DNA of 64,000 nucleotides from an uncultured Holophagales bacterium (GTDB lineage Bacteria > Acidobacteriota > Thermoanaerobaculia > Multivoradales > UBA5704), in assembly GCA_963842525.1 (NCBI GenBank), contig CAWJGT010000034.1:128001-192000 (forward strand), given 5' to 3'. Below are positions 1 to 9,444 of the stretch, piece by piece. How positions within the stretch are numbered: position 1 is the first letter of the stretch; every line of letters starts with the position of its first letter. The position numbers and the translations under genes were made by a program. A model generated the notes under the pieces. The model worked only from the letters and a program-made list of their open reading frames with translations. It was not told the origin of the DNA and made no database searches.

Positions 1-1
1 T

Positions 2-157
2 GCGAAATCCGCTCCGGATCTTGCCCTCGCCCACAGCTCTGTCGGCCTTGCCCGCCTCTGCCTGGGCGATCCCACAGGGGCGAAGGCGGCGTTCCAGCGG
101 TCTTTGGAGATCGATCCGAACCAACCGGAGATTGCACGGGCGTTGGCGGGGCTGTGA
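2..157 (+). CDS. 3' end of a TPR-repeat protein (partial)
   Basis: Frame 2 reads ...PDLALAHSSVGLARLCLGDPTGAKAAFQRSLEIDPNQPEIARALAGL*, a typical TPR consensus; stop TGA 155-157. Confidence 0.7.
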   Translation, partial: AKSAPDLALAHSSVGLARLCLGDPTGAKAAFQRSLEIDPNQPEIARALAGL

Positions 158-453
158 CCTCACCCCTTGTCCCCCTCTCCCATCGCACTCCCCCCGACCG
201 GGAGAGGGGGGACGCAGGCGATGCCTTCAGCGCGAGCCCAAGACTGTCATTCTGAGCGCAGCGAAGAATCTGGTCGGGCGGAGCTTCCCCAACCCCCAGA
301 TCCTTCGCTTCGCTCAGGATGACACGGCGGGGCAGCATTGCCAGACATCCTCCAGGCTGTTGGAGCCTGGACCTCGCCCCTACGGCCTGAGCCACGTCCC
401 CCCTCTCCCGGTCGGGGGGAGGGCGATGGGAGAGGGGGACAGGGGGTGAGGTC
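156..453. repeat. Composite REP/REPIN-like palindromic element (CCTCACCCC..CCCCCTCTCCC family) with a nested second inverted repeat at 245-324
   Basis: Arms 156-214 and 395-453 are reverse complements; inner TGTCATTCTGAGCGCAGCGAAGAATCTGG...CCAGATCCTTCGCTTCGCTCAGGATGACA. Confidence 0.85.
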
Positions 454-481
454 CCGCTCTTGTTGTACGCTCCCTGGTCCG

Positions 482-2201
482 ATGGAGCTCCTCGAATCGC
501 GCCGCCTGACCGGCCCCAACCTGCTCCAGGAGCGGGAGGGCGCTGTGCTCGACGTCTCTCTCCTTCCAGAGGAGACGGAGGCCGCGGTGGCCGTATGGCA
601 GGAGCAGGTCCGGCTGCTCCTCGATGCGGTGGGCTGGCGCGAGGAGCAGACCGCCGTGCGGCTCTTCCCCGGCGGAGCGAGCCTGGCGATCTCGGCGCCG
701 ATCGACACCCTGTACGCCGCGACCGAGGTGAATGAAGCGGCGTGGCGGGCTGCCGAAGCGGTCCTGCACGGCGCATCCGTCCAGGACCTGGAAGAGACGG
801 CAGGCCAGCTCCGGGAAGAGATCGAGAGGGAGAGGAACCCTGCCCTCCTGACCCTTCGGGATGCGGCGGAGCGCCACGGCGTTGCCTTCCTCTGGGACGC
901 CGACCAGGTCTCTGTCGGTCTCGGGACGGGCTCGCGGACCTGGCCGGCCGGCGAGCTGCCCGGCCCTGACGCGGTGCCCTGGCAGGAGGTCCATGACATC
1001 CCCGTCGCGCTCGTGACCGGAACGAATGGCAAGACCACGACCGTCCGGCTGCTCGCGGCCATGGCGCGCGCCGCGGGCATCATGGCCGGAACCACGTCGA
1101 CCGACCGGGTCGAGGTCGGGGGCGAGGTGTTGGACGAAGGCGACTATTCAGGCCCTGGTGGAGCGCGGACGCTGCTGAGGGACCGGCGGGTGGAGCTGGC
1201 GGTGCTGGAGACCGCCCGTGGCGGCGTGCTGCGGCGGGGCCTCGTGGTGCGCCGGGCCGATACCGCGGCGGTCACCAACGTGGCCGCGGACCACCTGGGT
1301 GATTATGGGATCCATGACCTCGAAGCGCTCGCGGACGCCAAGATGCTGATCACCCGGTTCGTTCGGCCGGACGGGCGCGTCGTTCTCAACGCCGACGATC
1401 CCCTTGTGGTGGCACGGATGGGCCGGGCTTCATCCCCGGTGGCCTGGTTCAGCCTCGACCCCGGTCGCCCTGGATTCCAGGACTTCCTCTCCCCCACTGC
1501 CACGGCGTGGGTGCTCTCCGGAGATCGCCTCGAGCGCTGGGAGGCGGGCCGGCGGGAGGCTCTCGTGGATGTTGCTTCGATCCCCATCGCCTTCGGAGGA
1601 GCCGCCCGGTACAACCTCGCCAATGCGCTGGCGGCCCTGGGTCTGGGCGCGGCGCTAGGGCTCCCCCTGGAGGCCATGGTCCATGGCCTCACGGGGGTCC
1701 GCGGCACTCCGGAGGACAACCCGGGGCGCCTCAACCTGATGGACCTCGGGGGCGGCGTGCGCGTCCTGCTCGACTACGCCCACAACCCCCACGGCCTGGA
1801 GGCCTTCCTCGCGGTTGCCCGAAGCCTCCCTGCCCGGCGCCGCCTGATCCTCCTCGGGCAGGCCGGAGACCGCAGCGACGAGGCGATCCGTGACCTCGCC
1901 CGCATCACCTGGACCCTCCAACCCGATCGCGTGGTCATCAAGGAGCTTCCCGAGATGCTGCGTGGACGGATGGCCGGCGACGTCCCGGCGATCCTGGACG
2001 ACGAGCTTCCGGCAGCTCGGAGCCACGGATGAGGCGATCGACCATGCACCGGACGAGCTGACCGCTGTCCGCCAAGCCCTCACCTGGGCCCGGGAAGGGG
2101 ACCTCCTTCTGCTCCTCGTCCATACGCAGCGTGACGAGGTGCTGGAGCTGTTGGGACAGCTTCGCCTGAGCGGTTGGGAACCGGGAGCTCCGGTGCGGTA
2201 G
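482..2201 (+). CDS. Cyanophycin synthetase-like Mur ligase family protein (CphA N-domain + Mur ligase domain); frameshift near 2010
   Basis: N-terminal ESRRLTGPN; P-loop VTGTNGKTTT, ETARGG, TNVAADHLG, PGRLN, DYAHNP; C-terminus continues in the 1890..2201 frame (RQLGA...AREGDLLLLLVH). Confidence 0.8.
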
Positions 2202-2207
2202 ACGGGA

Positions 2208-3095
2208 TCAGTCGCCGCCGCTGACGAACTCAATCCGCTGCCGCAGCCAGCGGGCCTCGTCCTCGAACCCTACGCTCTCGCTGAATTCGAGCAGCCGGCG
2301 GGCGCGTTCGACCACCTCGAAGCCGATGCTGTCGTGGAGCTTGCGGAGGTCCACCGGGCAGAGGTGAAGTGGTTGGGAGTCGGTCTCTTCGAGAGAGTTC
2401 GACCCGTTCATCAGGCAGCGGTAGAAGGTGCAATGGTGGATTCCGAACATATGGCCCGTCTCATGAGCCAGCACCTTGCAGCTCCGCCGCAGCATCAGCC
2501 GCCGCCAGTCGGCGGGTCGCGTCTCGCCATAGAAGAACGGGTCGAATCGCGCGAAACTGTAGACCCCGACGCGATCGCGCAGCGAGGCCTGGCCGAAGAC
2601 GAAGTTCCAGTCCGGGCCTGGGTACAGATCCTCCATCGTGACACCCAGCACCGCGAAGGCATCATCCGGGAGCTGCCGCTCCAGCAAGCCGAGGAGATCC
2701 CCCGTCAGGAACTGGCGGTTCTTCGTGAAGGGGTTCTGCCGCGAGGTGATACGGTGCGCCTCCAGCGAGAGCGGTGGCAGGACCTCGGCCGTCAAGGCGA
2801 AGAAGGCGGCGGTGAGCTGCCTGAGCTGTTCGAGCGGCGGGCTGTTCGGGCCGAATGTGCCCAGAGGCTGAAGGTAGATCTTGTTCCGGCGGGCGTCCGG
2901 CCGGTTGGGCCGCGACCTCACAAACCGTTCGAAGGTCTGGCCCTTTTCCGGATGGATCTCCAGCCAGTCGCCGGATTTCACCTCGGGCATCGGCTCGAAG
3001 TCGTCTCCTGGCTCGAAGACGCGCGCAGGGACCTCGGGACGGCAACTGACGCTGGCCAGCGACCCGAGCAGGAGCAGCGCCAGCAGAGTGCGCAT
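2208..3095 (-). CDS. Archaemetzincin (peptidase M54) Zn metalloprotease with signal/lipoprotein peptide
   Basis: HETGHMFGIHHC zincin motif, CLMNGSN, LCPVDLRKL, DLYP..WNFVFGQA. Confidence 0.85.
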   Translation of the reverse strand: MRTLLALLLLGSLASVSCRPEVPARVFEPGDDFEPMPEVKSGDWLEIHPEKGQTFERFVRSRPNRPDARRNKIYLQPLGTFGPNSPPLEQLRQLTAAFFALTAEVLPPLSLEAHRITSRQNPFTKNRQFLTGDLLGLLERQLPDDAFAVLGVTMEDLYPGPDWNFVFGQASLRDRVGVYSFARFDPFFYGETRPADWRRLMLRRSCKVLAHETGHMFGIHHCTFYRCLMNGSNSLEETDSQPLHLCPVDLRKLHDSIGFEVVERARRLLEFSESVGFEDEARWLRQRIEFVSGGD

Positions 3096-3110
3096 GCCGG
3101 CTTCCCGCCT

Positions 3111-4247
3111 CTACAATTTCCGCAGGTCCGTTGGCAGCTCGAGCACCATGCGGTAGGCGGTCACCTGCCAGGCGGGATCGTTCATCACACCCGCGGTGCC
3201 GGCCAGGAGGAGCCGGAAGAGCCGCCAGGTCTCCACGCTCGACCGGCGGACGGCCTCCTCCCGGTTCTCGACCCAGCGCTGGTGCCCGTGCTTCGCCCAG
3301 AGGTGGTAGTTGCGCCGGTCGTTCCAGACGCCGGCGAGCTGGATGGGCGACCGGTCGATGGCCGCCATCAGCTCGGGCATGTAGGTCATGCGGAAGGTCC
3401 CGGGCCAGACGTATCTGGTGATGAAGCTGGACGTCCCGAACGGGACCTTGCCGGACGCGAAGTCGAGGTAGATCCGCCCTCCCGGCTTCACCAGCTCGGC
3501 GAGGCGCTGCATCACCCGCGGATAGTCCGACAGGTCCTCGATCACTCCCATCATCGAGATCGCGTCGAATCTTCGACCGGGCTGGTATGTAAAGAAATCC
3601 TGATAGAGAACCTGGGCGTCGAGCCCCCGCTCCCGGATCAGCCCGGTCACATAGCCGAGCTGGTCTTTCGAAAGGGTGATGCCCTGGCCGTGCAGGCCGC
3701 GGCCGCAACAGTACTGGAGGAAGCCACCCCACCCGTGCCCGACGTCGAGCACCTCGTCTCCCTCTTTCAGTTGCAACTGCTCGAAGGCGAAATCGTACTT
3801 GCGCCGCGTGCTCGTCTCGAGCGTGTCGTCCTCGTTCTCGAAGATGCCCGGCGTGTAAGCTCTGTAGTCGCGATCGATAAAGAGGAGCTGGATGTTGCCG
3901 GAGTCGTAGTGTTTGGCGATCCACTCCGGGTTCAGCCGTTCACGGCCGAGCAGCAGCGGCTGGAGCCGGCGCCAGGTCTTGATCCAGAGCCGGTCATCCG
4001 ACAAGAGATTGCGAAACCACATGGCGCGGACGGCGTCGCCCTCGATCTCGAGGTCTCCCCGCACATAGGCCTCGGCAATGGCCAACTCGTCGAGGGATTG
4101 CAGCGCCTTCGTCCCCCTGCCGTTGCGCACGTGCAGCTCGAAGGCCGGCTCGCCGTTGCCCAGGGTCATGGCTCCCGCCTCGGTGTGGAGCGTGAACGCG
4201 CACGGCAGCTCTGCGAATCGCGAAAACAGATTTCCGATCCCATCCAT
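3111..4247 (-). CDS. cfa: Cyclopropane-fatty-acyl-phospholipid synthase family SAM methyltransferase
   Basis: AEAYVRGD, IAKHYD, VLDVGHGWGG SAM motif, GITLSKDQ, FITRYVWPG. Confidence 0.8.
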   Translation of the reverse strand: MDGIGNLFSRFAELPCAFTLHTEAGAMTLGNGEPAFELHVRNGRGTKALQSLDELAIAEAYVRGDLEIEGDAVRAMWFRNLLSDDRLWIKTWRRLQPLLLGRERLNPEWIAKHYDSGNIQLLFIDRDYRAYTPGIFENEDDTLETSTRRKYDFAFEQLQLKEGDEVLDVGHGWGGFLQYCCGRGLHGQGITLSKDQLGYVTGLIRERGLDAQVLYQDFFTYQPGRRFDAISMMGVIEDLSDYPRVMQRLAELVKPGGRIYLDFASGKVPFGTSSFITRYVWPGTFRMTYMPELMAAIDRSPIQLAGVWNDRRNYHLWAKHGHQRWVENREEAVRRSSVETWRLFRLLLAGTAGVMNDPAWQVTAYRMVLELPTDLRKL

Positions 4248-4350
4248 CCTCGTCCACCTCACAAGGTCTGTGGCGCTACAAGGTCTATGATGCTGAAGCT
4301 CGGGCAGAAGTTTAGCCTAGAATACGCCCCATCGTCTTGGAGGGGGTGGG

Positions 4351-4794
4351 ATGCACAAGATCCAGAACATCGTCGGCAGGCTCGTAGAGGTCAGGGTGGC
4401 GCCGCCCCTGACCCTGGACGAAATCAAGCAGTTCGTGGAAGAGCACAAGGCGACGATCAGCCGCATCCCGGACCGCTACGTCGGCGTGGTCGATCTGCAC
4501 CGGGCCGACATCTTCCCGGCGGAAGTCACCGACGCCCTGATTCAGCTCCTCTCGCGGGTGGCGGACCGGGTGGAGCGGACCGCCTTCCTGATCGGCGAGA
4601 GCGCCGTGTTCGCGCTCCAGATCGAGCGAGTGCTCCGCAACGCGGCCAGTCCGAACCGCAGGACGTTCCGCGATCCCGAGCCGCTGAAGGAGTGGCTCGG
4701 AGAGGTCCTGAACGGCGGTGAGCGCTTCCGGCTCAACCGCTTCCTGACGGACGTGCTGGCCCCGGACGACGGCGGGCGCCCCGCCAAGAAGTGA
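4351..4794 (+). CDS. Hypothetical protein (possibly STAS/SEC14-like small alpha/beta domain)
   Basis: 147-aa ORF with host-like codon usage; VVDL...RTAFL...RTFRD..AL.EWL-like pattern. Confidence 0.65.
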   Translation: MHKIQNIVGRLVEVRVAPPLTLDEIKQFVEEHKATISRIPDRYVGVVDLHRADIFPAEVTDALIQLLSRVADRVERTAFLIGESAVFALQIERVLRNAASPNRRTFRDPEPLKEWLGEVLNGGERFRLNRFLTDVLAPDDGGRPAKK

Positions 4795-4990
4795 CCTCAC
4801 CCCCTGTCCCCCTCTCCCATCGCCCTCCCACCGACCGGGAGAGGGGGGACGCAGGCATGGCGTTCGAGGCAAGGTCGCGCCCCGATCTCCGCAGACAGGC
4901 TGTAAGAGGACTCGCCCACACCGCCTCCTCTACGTTCCCCCTCTCCCGGAGGCAGGGAGGGAGATGGGAGAGGGGGACAGGGGGTGAGGT
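4794..4990. repeat. REP/REPIN-like palindromic element between convergent genes
   Basis: ACCTCACCCCCTGTCCCCCTCTCCCATC...GATGGGAGAGGGGGACAGGGGGTGAGGT; abuts both stop codons. Confidence 0.85.
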
Positions 4991-7330
4991 TACCCGGCCC
5001 GCACCAGACCCCGCAGCTCCCGGCTGTCAGGGTACCGCCCCAGGGCATGGCGCAGGAGAGAGTCCGCCGAGGCCGTATCCTGGAGGAGCCGCAGGGTTTT
5101 GACCGCCTCGGCGTAAGCCGCCGGGCCGGGGCTCTTTTCCACCATGCGCTTCAGGGTCGGCCCCACCTCGGCGGGACGGCCGCTCAGGGCGTAGAGGATC
5201 GCGAGGCTGGACCACGCGCGGACGTTGTCGGGAAAGAGCCGGATCTCCTGTTGGAAGGCCGCTTCCGCGCCGCGGGCGTTCCCGGAATCCGCCAGGATCT
5301 TCCCCTGGATCAGCGCGAGCCCGCGGACCAGGTCCGGGTCCTTGGCCTCGCGCTGGTCGTAGGAGGCCGCGGCCCGGCGCGTCATCTCCAGCGCGCCGGC
5401 GTAGTCCTTCCGGGCGTGAAGCACCTCGGCCAGGGTGATCATCGGACCGATCCGCAGGCTCTTCTCCTCCAGGGCCAGCCGGGCCTCCCGTTCCGCCGTG
5501 CCGAGGTCGTTGCGCGAGAGGGCGATCTGGGCCAGCAGGCCGTGCGCGAAGGACGGATGGGTCGGTGCGGCCATCCGGGCGTGGGTGACCGCCTCGTCCA
5601 GGAGCCCCAGCTCGAAGAAGAGCGAGGCCGCGGACATGGCGACCTGCGGCGAGCCTCCGGAGACCTTCAGGGCCTGCCGGTATGCGTCCAGCGCTTCGCC
5701 GGTCCGTCCGAGCCTCTTCAAGGCGTTGGCGAGGAACTCCCACGCATCGGTCATCTGCGGGTTGGTGGCCAGCACCTTGCGGAAGGCCTCCACGGCCTCG
5801 CTGTATTCGCGCCGTGCGGTGTGCTGGAAGCCGACCTTCAGGTCGGCCAGGGTACCGATGCGGCTCTTCGGATCCGGGAGTGGCCCCTCCAGCGAGCTGC
5901 CGCCCCCGGCGCTGATGTAGCCGAGCGCGGCCATGGCCTGTTTGGTCTCCTCGTCGACCGCCGAGGGCGCTGACAGCCGGCGCTCGTAGCCGGAGAGGCT
6001 CGCGGCGCATCTCGGCGTAGACCCGGCGCTCGCCCCGCAGGAGGTTCTTCCGCTCTCCCGGGTCCTGGACGAGGTCGTAGAGCTCGGGCTCCGGCCCCTC
6101 GATGTAGTGCCAGCGCGCATCGACCAGCGAGGCCAGGTCGCTCCAACCGAAGTGCAGCCGCGGATAGAAGGTCTCGGAGTAGACCCGCCGCGGTGTTCCC
6201 GGGGGCGGGCTCGCGAGGAGCGAGGCCCCGGACAGGCCTTGCGGAGCAGGCAGGCCGAGCAGGGAAAGGACCGTCGGGACCACGTCGGTGAGGTGGACCG
6301 GGCCGGCAGCGGTCTCGCCGGCACGCTGCGACCCGGGCAGCTTGAGCAGGAGCGGCACGTGGATCGCCTCGCGATAGAGCAGGATGCCGTGCTCGTCCTC
6401 GCCGTGCTCGCCGAGCCCCTCGCCGTGGTCCGAGAGGAGGACGACGATCGCCCGGTCGTAGACGCCGAGGCGCTTCAGCTCGTCCAGCAGGTCGCCGACG
6501 ATCCGATCGGCCGCGGCCACCTCGCCGTCGTACTTCTGGGCATAGCGCGAGGCGAAGGGCTCCGGCGGCTGGTAGGGGGTGTGCGGCTCGTAGATGTGGA
6601 AGAAGAAGAAAAAGGGCTTCTCCGCCGCGGCGCGCAGCCAGTCGAGCGACAGCCGCAGGGTCTCGGTCCCCGGCCGCTGGAGGCCGCCGAGGCCGCGGCT
6701 GGTCTGGAACTCGATGCTGTCCTCGTAGAAATCGAAGCCGGTCCGCAACCCGTTCTGCCCCTGGAGCACATAGGCCGACACCGCGCCGCCCGTGGCATAC
6801 CCCTGCCCTTTCAGGATCTGCGGCAGGAACGGCAGCTCGCCCTTCTCGATCCGCGCGCGGTCGAGGTTGTAGCCGACGTTGTCGCGCACGCCGTGGTCGG
6901 CCGGCTGGAGGCCGGTCAGCAGGGACGAGTGGGCCGGGAACGTGAGCGGAGTCGGCGTATAGGCGTTCTGGAAAAGGACGGAGTCGCGCCGCAGGGCATC
7001 GATCGCCGGGGTCTCCACACCCTGGTAGCCATAGGCCGGCAGGTGGTCGGCACGCAGGGTGTCGATGGAGATGATGACGATGGGCGTGCCTTGCGGGATA
7101 TCGGGTGCGGCGCCGGACTTGGGGGAGCAGGCGGCGAGGAGGAGCAGGAAGAGGAAGGCGTAGCCGAGCCGAGGACCCTCACCCCCCGGCCCCCTCTCCC
7201 ATCCGCACTCCCTTCCACCGGGAGAGGGGGAGAAAAAACGAAGAAGCGGGTTCAGTCTGCCTTTGCTCCCCCTCTCCCGGGAGGCCGGGAGTGAGGATGG
7301 GAGAGGGGGCCGGGGGGTGAGGGTCCTCAC
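4990..7330 (-). CDS. Sulfatase-like hydrolase + TPR lipoprotein; frameshift near 5997; REP inserted in frame after the start codon
   Basis: IDTLRADHL, TPLTFPAHSSLLTG, HIYEPHTPY, SDHGEGL; TPR C-terminus in the 4990..6324 frame; LLLLAAC lipobox; GTG start overlaps upstream TGA. Confidence 0.8.
7172..7327. repeat. 156-bp REP-like palindromic element (in frame within the CDS)
   Basis: AGGACCCTCACCCCCCGGCCCCCTCTCCCATCC...GGATGGGAGAGGGGGCCGGGGGGTGAGGGTCCT terminal inverted repeats. Confidence 0.85.
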
Positions 7331-9372
7331 GACGGCAGCCTCCGCAGCACTCCGCGCGCCTTTTCGATGTCGCCCGCATACCGCGCCGGCGGCGCGCCGG
7401 CCACGAAGCGCTCCAGGGCTTGGCGGGCCTGCTTCGTCCGGCCGAGGCCGGCGGCCTTGAGGCCCAGGTTCCACAGCGCGTCCCAGAGGTCGGGTTTCAG
7501 GTCGACCGCCTGCTGCCAGGCGTCCAGGGCCGCCTCGGGCTGGCCGAGCTGGAAGAGGGCGACCCCCAGGTTGTTCCAGGCCAGGGGGAGCTGCCGTTGC
7601 AGCTCGACGGCCCGCCGCGAACGGTCGCGCGCCCGCTCCCAGTGGCCCAGCCGCAGCTCGACCAGACCGAGTTGCTCGTACGCCTTGGGATTTCCGGGAT
7701 CGGTCGCCAGGACCTTCTCCAGGAGGTCGTAGGCTTCCTGCTGCCGGCCGGCCTCCGAGAGGGCGAGCGCCAGCGCGTTCATCGACTGCGGCTCTCCCGT
7801 CCTGGCGAGCGGTTGCAGCACAGCGATCGCGTCGGCCGTGCGGCCAGCCTCGGTCAGGGTCAGCCCGAGCTGCCGCAGCAGAGAGTCGGAGGCGACGCCC
7901 CGTGCGCGGGCCTGCTGCATCACCTCCAGGGCCTCCGGGGTGCGGCCGTTTTCGAGGAGCGCCTGGGCCAGGAGGGAATGCCCCAGCGGCATCGACGGCC
8001 GGGCCTCGACCACCTCGCGGGCCAGGCGGACCGCATCGTCGAGCCGTCCCGTCGAATAGCGCTCGATGATCTGGTGGATCTTGAGGTCCAGCGCGATCAG
8101 CTTCTTGGGGTCATCCTCGGGGCCGTAACTCTTCTGGCCTGGAGCGGAGCTGGCAACGTAGCCGAGGCTGCGCAGCCGCGCCGTCTCTTCGGCACCGGCG
8201 GCCGTACGAGGCGGCGGCCAGACCGATTCCCGCGGCAGGTCCGCGAACGCCGCGCGGGCCAGGGCTCGGTCTTCGTCGACCCTGTTGCGGGCCTCTCCCG
8301 GATCGCGCTGCAGGTCGTAGACCTCGGGTAGCGGGAGCGCGATGAATTTCCGCCCGCCGCGCAGGAGACCGCGCAGCGGCGCCCAGCCGCGGTTCAGGGT
8401 CGTCGAGAGCGATTCGAAGTAGGTGTCGTCCGGATTTCCAGCAGGCCCCAGCAGCGACCTCCCCGGCTTACCTGCCAGCGCCGGGATTCCGGCCGCCTGG
8501 AGCACGGTCGGAAAGATGTCCACGTGCCGGGCCGGCCGCGTATCCCGTCCGGCGGACACGCCCGGCCCCCAGAGGACCAGCGGCACATGGAGCGTGGATT
8601 CGTAGGCGAAGAGGCCGTGGGTCAGCTCGCCGTGGTCTCCCAGCGACTCGCCGTGATCGGCCGTGACGACCACCAGGCAGCCCGGCTCCTTGCCGTCGAG
8701 CAGCGGCCCGAGGAGAGGGCTCAGGAACGAGTCGGTCGCGGCTACCTCGCCGAGATAGGGGTTGTCCGGAAAGCGCGAGGCGAAGGGCTCGGGCGGCACA
8801 TACGGAGCGTGCGGATCGAAGAGATGGACCCAGAGGAAGCGCGGCTTCCCCCGCTGCTGCCGCCACCAGCCGAGCGCGGCGGCCACCACCTCGTCGCCGC
8901 GCCGCTCGGGCAGCTCGAACTGCTCGGCGTCCGAGCCGCGGGTGGTGCGGTCGTCATAGACCTGGAACCCGCGGTCGAGGCCGTACTGGGAGTCCAGCGG
9001 GAAGGCGCCCACGTAGGCGGCGGTGGCATAGCCGGCCCCGCGCAGGACGGTCGCCAGCGTGGGCACGGTTGCCGGCAGGCGGAAGCCGCTGTTGTCCCGG
9101 ATCCCGTGCTGGTAGGGGTAGAGGCCGGTGAGGATGTTGGCATGCGATGGCAGGGTGACGACGTTGTGCGCGTGAGCATTCGGGAACACCCGGCCCCGCG
9201 CCGCCAAACGGTCCAGCACCGGCGTCGACGCCTTGGGATTGCCGGAGAACCCCACCGCATCGGCCCGCAGCGTGTCGATGGTGATCAGCAGTACGTCAGG
9301 CCGGCGAGGAGGCGCTGCGGCAAGGAGCGCCACTGCCAGTGCGGACAGCGCCGCGAGAACCAACTTCTTCAT
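7327..9372 (-). CDS. Sulfatase-like hydrolase + TPR protein, secreted
   Basis: Signal peptide; IDTLRADAV, NVVTLPSHANILTG, HLFDPHAPY, ADHGESL; C-terminal TPRs. Confidence 0.9.
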   Translation of the reverse strand: MKKLVLAALSALAVALLAAAPPRRPDVLLITIDTLRADAVGFSGNPKASTPVLDRLAARGRVFPNAHAHNVVTLPSHANILTGLYPYQHGIRDNSGFRLPATVPTLATVLRGAGYATAAYVGAFPLDSQYGLDRGFQVYDDRTTRGSDAEQFELPERRGDEVVAAALGWWRQQRGKPRFLWVHLFDPHAPYVPPEPFASRFPDNPYLGEVAATDSFLSPLLGPLLDGKEPGCLVVVTADHGESLGDHGELTHGLFAYESTLHVPLVLWGPGVSAGRDTRPARHVDIFPTVLQAAGIPALAGKPGRSLLGPAGNPDDTYFESLSTTLNRGWAPLRGLLRGGRKFIALPLPEVYDLQRDPGEARNRVDEDRALARAAFADLPRESVWPPPRTAAGAEETARLRSLGYVASSAPGQKSYGPEDDPKKLIALDLKIHQIIERYSTGRLDDAVRLAREVVEARPSMPLGHSLLAQALLENGRTPEALEVMQQARARGVASDSLLRQLGLTLTEAGRTADAIAVLQPLARTGEPQSMNALALALSEAGRQQEAYDLLEKVLATDPGNPKAYEQLGLVELRLGHWERARDRSRRAVELQRQLPLAWNNLGVALFQLGQPEAALDAWQQAVDLKPDLWDALWNLGLKAAGLGRTKQARQALERFVAGAPPARYAGDIEKARGVLRRLPS

Positions 9373-9397
9373 GCCGGGTGGATTGTAACCCCGGATT

Positions 9398-9444
9398 CAT
9401 CCCCCTCTCCCGCTGAGCGGGAGAGGGGGCAGGGGGAGAGGGCC
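9398..9444. repeat. Short single REP hairpin (CCCCTCTCCCGC-TGA-GCGGGAGAGGGG)
   Basis: Same repeat family; lies just after the TonB receptor stop codon. Confidence 0.65.

Noticed and set aside
21-449. ORFs spanning REP elements (also 4791..5102, 27594..27935 N-terminus)
   Set aside because: Translations of palindromic repeats (PPLPS/GEGDRG) with no independent coding evidence
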